Source of the DNA: Selaginella moellendorffii
Taxonomy: Eukaryota; Plantae; Lycopodiophyta
Assembly (NCBI RefSeq): GCF_000143415.4
Contig: NW_003314365.1
Location: 319,679-383,678 of the forward strand
Direction: 5' to 3'
Length of the DNA: 64,000 nucleotides
In this document: positions 15,001-25,226 of the stretch, piece after piece
How positions within the stretch are numbered: the stretch's first letter is position 1
How the letters are laid out: each line of letters starts with the position of its first letter
Program-made: the position numbers and the translations under genes
The notes under the pieces: model-generated
The model's input: only the letters and a program-made list of their open reading frames with translations
Database searches by the model: none
Told to the model about the DNA's origin: nothing

Positions 15001-16221
15001 ATTACATTGACTCCCTACCAATAGTCCAGACGCCCGAGGTGTTTGGTCTCCACTCCAATGCCGATATTAGCTACTACACCAATACGACCAAGAACCTGTG
15101 GAAAGACCTTGTGGACTTGCAGCCTCGTGGAGGGGACAGTGGAGGCGGGGTGAGAAGAGAGGACATCATTGAGCGTGTGGCGTCAGATATACTGTCCAAG
15201 CTTCCTGTGCCTTTTGATCTTCCTGTGTTGAAGAAAAGATTTGGAGTCCCTACGCCCGTGCAAGTAAGTCACGCCTGCTATTGTTTGTCAACTTCTTGGA
15301 TGCCTGCCCCAGGTTGTGCTTCTCCAAGAGATTGAGAGATGGAACAGGCTTATTACCAGCATGGCAGAGAGCCTTCGAAAGCTCAAGAAAGCACTTGCTG
15401 GAGAGATTGGGATGAGCAAAGACTTAGACGAGCTCTCAACGGCTTTGTTTAATGGGCAGCTTCCAAACATGTGGCGCAGGCTAACCTCTCAGGTATAGAT
15501 CAGTTTTATGAAATCCGTATTATTGATGTGTTGGTTAATGTTAATGCATTGGAAATTAAATAAAAAATAAAACACAGACAGAGAAGATGCTTGCAGCTTG
15601 GATTGTGTGGTTGTTGCGGCGAGATCAACAATACAAAAATTGGGCCGAGCACGGGGAGCCGAAAGTTATGTGGCTGTCGGGCCTCCAGATTCCCGAAACA
15701 TATATTGCTGCACTTGTTCAAACTGCGTGCAGGGACCGCGGTTGGCCACTAGACAAGTCCACTATCTACACTAAGGTTTTTGTTTATACCGTTTCCTTGC
15801 TTGTCATTTAAAGATGCTCCACAGGTGACCAAGTTCAAAAGCATTGACGAAGTCCCGGAGAAGCCCAAGCATGGATGCTATGTCACTGGCCTCTATCTGG
15901 AAGGCGCCAATTGGGATCTGGAAAAGTCTGTTCTCAAGCGACAGGTACTAGTCAATGCCAGTGGAAGAGAAGCGTTAACGTTGCTTGTCTCCCCAGGATC
16001 CAAAGCAGCTCGTTGTCGAGCTGCCAATATTGGAAATCATTCCCATGGAGGCCAGCAAGATCAAGCTTCAAAACACGTTTAGAACGCCTGTTTACGTCAC
16101 ACAGGCACGCCGAAACGCTATGGGCGTGGGACTCATCTTTGAAGCGGACTTGGCTACTGAGGAACACACGTCACATTGGGTTCTGCAAGGAGTTGCTCTG
16201 TCCATGAACATCGACCACTGA
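1..16221 (+). CDS. DNAH10: Axonemal inner-arm dynein I1/f alpha heavy chain (DNAH10 / Chlamydomonas DHC1-PF9 type); multi-exon, 5' end lies before the window
   Basis: Spliced exons give [12 protein letters not shown] (tail), P-loops GPAGTGKT (~6333), GPTGGGKS (~7403), GESGTAKT (~8764), GVGGSGKK (~10081), [23 protein letters not shown], stalk/MTBD (~10900-12140), AAA5/6 and C-terminal [15 protein letters not shown] (stop 16219-16221). Dozens of short GT-AG introns, mostly ~45-60 nt. Confidence 0.95.
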
Positions 16222-16235
16222 TGGTGCCAAGGCCA

Positions 16236-17083
16236 TTAAGCCACACAACGTTTGGAGTGCGGTACGTATGCAGCTGTCTGCTGTTGGCTGGGTAGATCAA
16301 TCCACTGCTTTCGCTGTTGCAAAGTACCAGTCCAGGAAGGGTGAAGCTGAACTTAGGGTTTTACCTGAATTGGCAGGAAGAGCTTGTACTCGGGCGGCAG
16401 CATTTCCTCGGCATATATTCGGTCGCAGAAAAAGACCGAGCGGATTCTGCAGTTGGCAAACACCCTCACTCGGACGGTTTCCCTGTAGTTGGTACCGTAG
16501 GCAAGTCGGGTGCAGCCAGGAAGGTCGAAGTGCACCTGGTTCCACCCAACGTCCAAGGTGACAGGCATCAAGCACACGGACTGACCAACGCGAGTTGCTG
16601 TCTGCCAACAAAAGCCAACACATGTTTCGCATTCCAGCTCTGGGCATTTCTTACCCGGAAATTGGAGGCAATGAAGCGGCGGTGCTTGTTTTTGTCGTCA
16701 ATCACCTCGACTTCAAACATGAAGTAGCGCCTCATGTTCTTGACGATCATAACGAAAAAAGGGAGCCGGACGGCGAGAGAGTCAGAATTGTCCCGTGGAC
16801 AAGTGATGCCTGTCATCTGAACGTTCGCCCCCATAATCTCCACAACATAGGACTCAATGTCCTCGTCCCGGACGCTCTTAACGTCGCCATACGCACTTAT
16901 ACACCCCCACTCATTTCCCGTCAATCCATACACGAAGTGCTGCTCACCGTGCCTCTTCCACGACTGGAGAGGATTCTTCCCCCTGTAGTGGTGGCCAACC
17001 ACAGGTCAGCGCTCCACACAAGAAGCTCACCTTAGGCTGTACAAAATGGACAGGCATCCTGTCTGATAAGTATGTCTGAACAT
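16236..17083 (-). CDS. CFAP20: Divergent CFAP20/BUG22/FAP20-family protein
   Basis: ATG at 17083: MFRHTYQTGCLSILYSL; intron 17030-16983; ...EIMGANVQMTGITCP...LPFFVMIVKNMRRYFMFEVEVIDDKNKHRRFIASNFR; intron 16654-16602; TATRVGQSVCLMPVTLDVGWNQ...AYGTNYRETVRV...LPPEYKLFLPIQ. Ends either at 16353 (unspliced) or via a 51-nt intron 16364-16314 at TAA 16238-16236. Confidence 0.88.
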
Positions 17084-17429
17084 CCTTTTCTTTCCTCTGT
17101 TTTGCACCAAACTCTTGGTATCCCCTTGCCTAAAGCCCTAAAACTAATGACACTGGGAATCGAACCTTGGCTTTATGCGTCTGGCTTGACGTAAGCTTCA
17201 CATGTTTTTTCAAACAGTACTTTAAAAAATCTTCGATCACCACCACCATCACGTGCTTATGTCTATAATATTATTTGGACTTTTACACTAGGTAGTTTAA
17301 AAGTTAATGTCACATTTGCAAAAACCAAATGCAACCGGAAAGTGGCCCAGGATTGTGCGACAGCACTTGTAGGACGACCTTGAAGAGCGACAGCAACAGC
17401 ATTGTTGTCCCGTCGCTCGCTTCCTCTTC

Positions 17430-19100
17430 CATCCATAGCAGCAGATTTCAATGGCAAAGTTCTTCTATAAACACATTGCTTGTTGCTTTGGACTTCCAGC
17501 AATTTTGGTGTTTGACCATGGTGGTGCTTTCATTGGAAGGGCAGTTGAATCCCTGGTGGTGGAACCTGACATCCAGGACGTCTGGAGCAGCAGCAAATAT
17601 CCCCAGTTCAATGGCCAAGTTGAGTCTTTTAACAATAAATTTTAGTTACCACCAGCATTTTGTGGGCGTTCCAATCCATGTACAAGAGCCAACACCTTTC
17701 TGGCTTCTCTTAAGAGGTTGCTTTATGACACGCAGCAGACCAACTCAGCAAGGAGCAACAGATTAAGGCAAGAGCTTAGGAGACTTTGGCACTGGAAAAA
17801 GAGAGACAAGAAGCTGCTAATAAACCCCATATAGCACTGTCCAAACAGCACATGACAAGCAGGATTTGAACATGCGATTTTCATGTACCTTAAGGACCTT
17901 AATCCAGAAGACAAGTTCTCTTCCCACTCGTTTGACCCATTCATCATCCAGTAACAAGGGTGTGAACCTTTCTAAGACTTTAAGAATAATTTGTTGCATT
18001 TAGCATCAAACACTTTGAATAAAAATCTCTAAAATAAAGAAAGAAAACGAAAAGAAAATTAATTAAGCCTTGAAGTTTATTCCACTGGCCCTGGTGTTGA
18101 AAGGAGGGCACCCTAAACCATCTAGTCTCTCTACTGTAATCAAACTCCATGCTAAATAGCTCCAAATGCATCACTCAAGTCCCATTTTGCTCTGGGCTTG
18201 GGCTTGGGCTGGATATTTAAGGAATGTCTCACTTTGGAGGATCAAGCGACTGTGGTGCAAAGAGTACCCATGGACTGCTTGCAAGAAAAGGTGACACAGC
18301 CCCAAAAATAGCTGACGTGATTTGCTGGAGAGAGAAGAGACTAAAAGAAAGAAACATTAGAACACAGAGAAAAGAAAAGTAGTAGCAGTGTGACTTTCTT
18401 GTCCATTTTTATTGCTAAGTTTTGTTGGAAGAACATATTTGCTGAAGTCATGGCCTTGTGTCCTAAAAATGGTGTGAAATGAAGGTGAAAAAACTAATGA
18501 AGTAGTTGGGGTATCAACAGCAATGCCACCTGGAAACTACTAAACACTAAATGATAGGAAATGACAGTGTAAAAAATGATGATATGAAAAGAACCTTGAG
18601 AAACTCTAAACTGTTGTTTTTTGAATGATTCTGTTGTAAGCTTCAGGGAGAAACGAGATCAATGCAGCCTTGAGGCCAGAACCCAGGCTAAAGAAAAGAA
18701 AGATCACACTGCCGCATGCCCCACAGTATTGATGAGAAGGAAGCACAAGTATCATTTGATTCAACTTGAAACTATAAGCAGTCAAGTTGGAAAGACTCAT
18801 GCCACTTTAAAATTAAACCTAAACTATATCAAGTTGACGTCACTTCTCTCCAGTTCGTATGTGGATAAGGATTATACAACATCACACAATTGCTTTTGGC
18901 CCTGTGGTGAAGAAGTCCATCACAACGAATTGATGGTCCTCCAAGATGGTGGAGAAATCGAACCAACATAATCAAATCCCCGTTTGAAGAGTTGCTGAAA
19001 AGAAGGCATGGGATGTAGCTCTTTGCAAAAGAAAGCATTCCGTGTGTAGATTGCTGTGTCCCGATGTATGGCTGGCAAGATTTGTTTAGCTATCACCTGC
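17430..19100. pseudogene. Fragmented, partly inverted gypsy-like (rve) integrase remnant
   Basis: Minus ~19050-18880: LHPMPSFQQLFKRGFDYVGSISPPS / VVMDFFTTGPKAI. Plus 17451-17645: IACCFGLPAILVFDHGGAF...SSSKYPQFNGQVESFNN. Minus ~18000-17830: EWEENLSSGLRSLR...PACHVLFGQ. Confidence 0.6.
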
Positions 19101-19869
19101 ACTGAAAAGCGTCCTAAAAAGTGAAAAAAACGAATGTCATGTCTGCTATGGATCGGAAGAGAAGGCTGCTGAGGCCGTGTGTATAGAGGGCCCCTCCAAG
19201 CAAGCAAAAATCAGGAACCTTTTGTTGCTTCTCTCGCAATAAAGCTGGTGGATAGAGAGGTAAACCAAGCTGATATACATATTTGAGTTTGGGTAGAGAA
19301 ACCCAGGAGTAGGCAAAAGCGCAGATAAGATATAGGTTGTGGAAATTTTTCTGACTCTGCTTGAAGGAAGAAGAGTGGTAATTAATCAATACTAGCTCAT
19401 AGCTGAAGCCAATGTTCCTGCTCAATTGTATGCTGAATCCACCAGAAAAGAGTAGGATCGGTAAAGGCAGCCATGGTCTGGCTCTGGCTGCAACACGAAG
19501 GCTATAGCTGCAGCACTTAGGCGGCCATGGCAGCAGCTTTACGAAGGCTGCAGCTCTAGCGCTAAAGCGGCCAAGGTGGAATGGACTTTCCTTGTAAAAG
19601 AGGTACAAAAGTGTATACCTTATGTTCTCTCTTGTAGGTGCATGATAAAATAGAAATAGCAAGATGGAAGATCTATTGCTCAGGGAAAGAAAGGTTCCAT
19701 GGTGAAGTTTGAAGCTCAAGCAACAATGCAAGCATGCAAAAGAAACCTTAAACACACGAAAAGAACAAAATAATTCATAGCATACTTGAAACAACCCATC
19801 AAAAGCAGTTGATTGACAAGCCGAAAGGACCAAGCAACTTGGGCCACTCTGATTTCACACATTTTATAA

Positions 19870-21655
19870 ACCATTTGCACTTGTTTTTTTAGGTACTAAT
19901 CTATCTGGGAATCTTGAAGGAACTCTGTCCTTTAGCTTGCTAAGGGCTCTCCTTTTGCAAGCTTTCTAATTGCCATATAGTCTAATATAGATAATTCCAT
20001 ACTTTAGACTTTTGATAGCATCACGATTGTTAATAATAACATGTTCGAGCACCCATTTGATTCTCCATTCCCAATTTGCATAACCACCTTTGGTTATGTC
20101 TTTTGATTCCTATGGTTAGGCTCTATCTCTTTACTACTTACTTTTTGGCATTACGCCTTCTATTTAGTTATTCTCGTCCTATCTAAAAAGGTAGTTTTGC
20201 ACTTTCTACCATGCGTTAGCAAGTATTCTTAGGGATGAATTTACTCAATAACTTAAGGAGTGGTTTTTCAATTTGGATATGCTCACTGTGTAATCCCACA
20301 CACTGGGATTAATGTTGCTATGCATGGGCCTTTTTATGCCCATTGCTAGCGATGCCAAAATCCATTTTTGGCTTTATCCAATTTAAATAGATAAACTTTT
20401 CCTATCTCCGCAACCTTGGACGTTGGATAGCACCTCCTATCTATTATTCGCTAAGGACTTAGTCCCTTGGGCCTTATATAATGCCCTCATGATTCCAAAT
20501 ACCACTCTCTAATGTTTTAAAGTGTTTTGGTGTCTCAATAATGACCTTATTTGACAATGAGCATTTCCCTTTATGACATTGACTTATTATATCTTAACAT
20601 GAGTAATTTATTCCCCGGAGGGGTACATCTAACCTCCTTATCTGAATAAAAAGTCTTAGATAGTTAACTTTTACTAATCCAATCAATTATTTTGCATGGT
20701 TTGCTTAGTTTTCTCATAGTTATCAAGTCTTATAACTCATTGCTAGTGCTTCCACACCCTTATCATTATTTGGGTCACTACACTATAACCACATACCTTC
20801 CAATTTAGGCTATGCCATTCCTATTTCCATTCGAATTCCTTTGGTAAGGGGTTTTTTTTAAACCTATTAACTTGACCTCAAGGCATCACACTTTTGCATA
20901 TTTAGTGTCTCCACACTATTGGCTTTACAAATTTACCTTTATGACACTTCCCACTTGTGTTTAGATCTTTGCCAAGACCAAAGTAGTTATTTTGCATGCC
21001 AACTATTAGTTAGTACTACACCATAGTGTTCACATACAACTCTATGCCAAAGTTGTTTTTTTCCGGAAACACTTTTCCCATGACTTTAATATAACACATT
21101 CTGCCCTCAATGAGATACCCACTATTCTTATAGTTGGATCTTATGATCCTCCCTATCCTTTGTAGGGTACAACACACTCTAGTCCAAATGCTTCCACCAA
21201 TCCTTTAAGATCATTCCTTGACTCCACTCGAGTCATTTAGCTTTTTGAACTTTGCTAATTCGACGATCTATAAGGTCCTAGCCTCTTAGCTATTTTTGAG
21301 GTGCCAGTTCACTAAAATACATCTTCTTGTATTCCTATTCTACTCACAAAGACCATCTTTGCAAGTATTATTCCAACACTTAATTGTTTTTCATTTTCCA
21401 TGGGTTACCTTTGCCTCTTAAGACTATCCGTCCATATGATGAGAAATACCGACTCATCCTCTAAATACACCTTCCACTCCTTGGGTTTGTTCCAGCATTT
21501 ATAAAAAGTAACTCCGGCTACCATTTCAAAGACTTGTATCCTCTTCTGTATTTGACCTCCCACGGTTAATAATTTTGATTTTAAATTCATGAGCACCAGC
21601 CTCAACTATATGAGGATAATCTTGACTCCTTTATTGTTTTAGAGTCTCTATTTTT
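19870..21655 (-). mobile_element. Decayed non-coding internal region of LTR family A
   Basis: 19870-20640 is the reverse complement of ~30036-30820; ~20900-21655 is homologous to 37130-37880. No open reading frame. Confidence 0.7.
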
Positions 21656-24209
21656 CCTGTATAGGTTGTGGAAATTTTTCTGACTCCAGTTGAAGACTGT
21701 CTACTTTCTTGCCACCATTTCCTAAATAGTATTTTAACTTTTGAAAATTGTTGTTCCCACACTATTTATCAAGAAGTTTATTTATCAATCTGGTCAATTG
21801 ATCACCACATACGGAAACATATGTGTCAGAAACCAAAATGAAGCTATGTAGTTGCAATGTTCTTGTTTGGACAAAGATTAGGTGGCGGCTGTGTTCCAGC
21901 AACATTCGATAGATGAGAGGCTCACCATCGTGGGTAGGAAATCCAAAAGCAAATAGATCTCTAAATTTCAATTCTTGAAGTAACTTTTCAAATCTCTCCC
22001 CATCAATCCTCTCTAATGGGTATATCACTATCTCTCTACTTTGAAAAGGGACACTATTTTCATTCTCCTAATACTCTCAAAAACAACTTCATCTACACTT
22101 AGAAAAATTTAGATTGTTCTTTAAATAGTTTAAAAGTTCTTTATGTAGTTTAAAATTCTTTTGATTAGATCCCACTCGCTCTCAGAGAGGGGAGGGGAGG
22201 CAGAAAAAAGGGATTTTTAGGCACTTCGCTCCACTCCAAAATAGGTCTATTGAAAGCAACACCAATAGCTCTTAGAAGAACACGAGCAGCGTGAGCAACG
22301 TAAGGAAGTGCTCGTAGTGTGTGAGTCTTGAATCTTTTAACTCTATGCTCCTTACCGCATCTACTTAATCAATAGTGCCTTCTGTATTCTTTGGAATAAG
22401 CCATAACAACCAAGAACACTAAAAAACCCTAAACAATAAAGAAAGAGGGTGGCTGTTGATCTACGTGGATTTGGTAATTCTTTCTCATGCAAGTATTGAA
22501 CTTGCGACCTCCAGTGAGGGCTACTGCTACTGCTGGTCCTGCTCTAGCAGCTATTGCTGTCGATGATGCTGCTGCTGCTGCTACTGCCCTCTCTCACGAT
22601 AGCATACTTGGCGTGGCTACTACACCCACTGCGGCTGCTGCTACCCTCTCCCGTGATAGCATACCTGGCGTGGCTGTTGTGCTGGTTGCTGCTACTGGTG
22701 CTCTGCCAGCTGTGCAGCTGTTGCTGCCAATGCTACTACTACTGCTGTTGCACTGGCTCTTGTTGTGCTGGCTGTTGCTACTGCTTTGTTTGCACTCGTT
22801 GAACCTACCACCATTTCCTAAATAGTGTTCTAACATTTAAAAATCATTATTCCCACATTGTTTATCGAGGAGTCCATTTATGAATTTGGTCAACTGATCA
22901 TCATATACGGAAGCATATATGTTAGAAACCAAAATGAAGCTGTATAGTCGCAATGTTTTTGTTTGAACAAAGATTAGGTGGTGGCCATGTTCCAGCAACA
23001 TTTGATAGATGAGAGGCTCACCATCATGAGCAACAAACAAATCTCAAGATTTCAACTCTTGAAGTAACTTTTTGAATCTCTCTCCATCAATCCTCTCTAA
23101 TGGGTATATTACTGTCTCTCCACTTTGAAAAGGGACACTATATCATTCTCCCAATACAACCGAAAACAACTTTATTTACACTCAGAAAATTTTTGACCAT
23201 TTTTAAAGTAGTTTAAAAGTTCTTTATGTAGTTTAAAACTCTCTTGATTAAATTCCGCTTGCTCTCAAAGAAGGGAGGTAGAGGAAAGGGATTTTTAAGC
23301 ACTTCGCTCCACTCCAAAATAGGTCTATGGAAAGTAGCACTAATAGCTCTTAGAAGAGCATGAGCAAGTGCTTGTAATATGCAAGTCTTGAATCTCTTAA
23401 CTCTATGTTCCTTACTGCGTCTGCTCAATTGATAGTGCCTTTTGTATTCTTTGGAATAAGCCCTAACAACCAAGAATATTGAAAAATTCTAAACAATAAA
23501 GAAACAACACCGCCTTTGATCTTAGGGTTGCATGGTTTTGGTAATTCTTTCTTATGCAAGCATTGAACCTACAACCTCTAGCGAGGGCTGCTGTTGCTCC
23601 TACTCTAGTTGCTACTACAGTTGTTGATGCTGCCCTCTCCTACGATAGCATACCTGGCGTGGCTGCTGCTGCTCTTGCTTTGTCTGTTGCTACTGCTACT
23701 CTTGCTCCGCCAGTTGCTGCAACTACTGCTGCCTTCTCTCGCGATAGCATACCTAGCATGGCTGTTGTGCTAGCTGCTACTGCTGCTGCTCTACCAGCTG
23801 TGTGGCTGCTGCTGCCAATGTTGCTATTGCTGCTGCTTGCCAGTTGCTACTGTGCTAGCTGCTGCTGCTGCTCTGCTTGTACTTGTTGAAGAATATCAAC
23901 TTTCCTGCCACCATTTCCTAAATAGTGTTCTAACTTTTGAAAATCGTTGTTCCCACACCATTCATTGAGGAGTCTATTTATCAATCTGGTCAATTGATCA
24001 CCATATATGGAAGCATATGTGTCAGAAACTAGAATGAAGTTGTATAGTCGCAATGTTTTTATTTGGACAAAGATTAGGTGGCGGCCATGTTCTAGCAATA
24101 TTCAATAGATGAGAGGCTCACCATTGTGGGAAAGAAATCTTCAAGTAAATAGATCTCTAGATTTTGACTCTTGAAATAACTTATGAAATCTCTCCCCATC
24201 AATCCTCTC
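21656..24209 (-). repeat. ~1.1-kb tandem repeat, about 2.3 units, with CAG/GCA-rich tracts
   Basis: CCACCATTTCCTAAATAGT recurs at ~21712, ~22808 and ~23908. Each unit has a degenerate minus-strand frame (...HDGEPLIYRMLLEH..HLIFVQT..LGNGGRKVD..); the two full units carry (GCT)n-rich tracts. Confidence 0.85.
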
Positions 24210-25226
24210 TGATAGGCGCAAAATCTGCATATCCTAGAGCAACATCATCTCCCTTGACTTGGCACACTCTAGTGGCTTGGAAGTGGCTATTAACACAACT
24301 GTCCTTGTCGCGCATGTGACTTTGGGTATCGAAAGTTACCTGTCGACCAGTCCTTACGGACACTCTTACCTTACTGCCATGATGGCAAGAGGTCGGTATT
24401 GCTGGTCCCTTTATCAGTCCCTCTTGTGCTAGTGGAGTTAACTGGGCATTTAGAGTGTACTTAGACCGGACGAGCATAAGAATGGAATTCCTACGTGTTA
24501 TAAGCTAAGCATACTTAGCCCGGTAAGGAGTTCCAGTTTCGTTTTATCTTGCACTTGCTAGTGACAAGAACCCTCGCGTATTGAGATTAGTCCCTTAATA
24601 TCGCTACATGATAGCTTACCGTGTCTGCCAAACACCCTCACTATCATGCCCTTTGTGTTAGTCTCATTTTGGTCCCAAAAGCTATTTATGGAAAGTGTCC
24701 AGATTTGCTCGTTTGGCATATCTACGGAATGTAGAGATTGGCCTATACACAATGGTGTTCGTCCCGTGTCCAAATTCACAATCTAGGGACATTCCATATT
24801 TAATAAGTTTCGAGCTTATCCCAGAGACTAACTCCTGATACTAAGAGAGGCTTGGGGTGAAAGCCCAAACTGTGTTCCTCAAGGGGGGGGGGGGGGGGGG
24901 GGGCTGTGGGGGGTTCCAAATGTATAGTAGGGATAGTGGGTAGGTCGGGCATGGCCGACCAACCCGAGGCATAGTCTAGCTCCCGCTTGCGTGCCTGTCC
25001 TTGTTCTACATCCGGCTTGGGTCTAAGCCCAAGTTTCATTCCATGCTAACTGGTGGAGTACCTATATCCTCACGTTAGGCCACCGGTATGCCGAAATAGC
25101 ACCAGACTTTGTTTGGCTCCGTTTTGTGTGCTGGTCCTGGCATTGGGATGTTGGTTGCTCTAGGACTATTCCAAGTCACTCCGGGCTCCTGTCCCTTCAC
25201 TCCTTGGGCTGTACGCTCGGGAGTTG
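24210..25226 (+). mobile_element. LTR of family B, 3'-truncated
   Basis: Starts TG at 24210, interrupting the tandem repeat. Reverse-complement homologue of 44400-45104 and of 63790-64000. Contains a G21 run at 24883-24903. Confidence 0.8.

Noticed and set aside
41-16167. Antisense and alternate-frame ORFs over the dynein gene
   Set aside because: Shadow ORFs of a long coding sequence with no independent motifs.
17148-17200. tRNA gene (minus-strand GGTTCGATTCCC)
   Set aside because: Only a T-loop/B-box motif; no cloverleaf could be built.
22487-23889. Ala/Leu-rich plus-strand ORFs
   Set aside because: Products of (GCT)n tracts in the tandem repeat.
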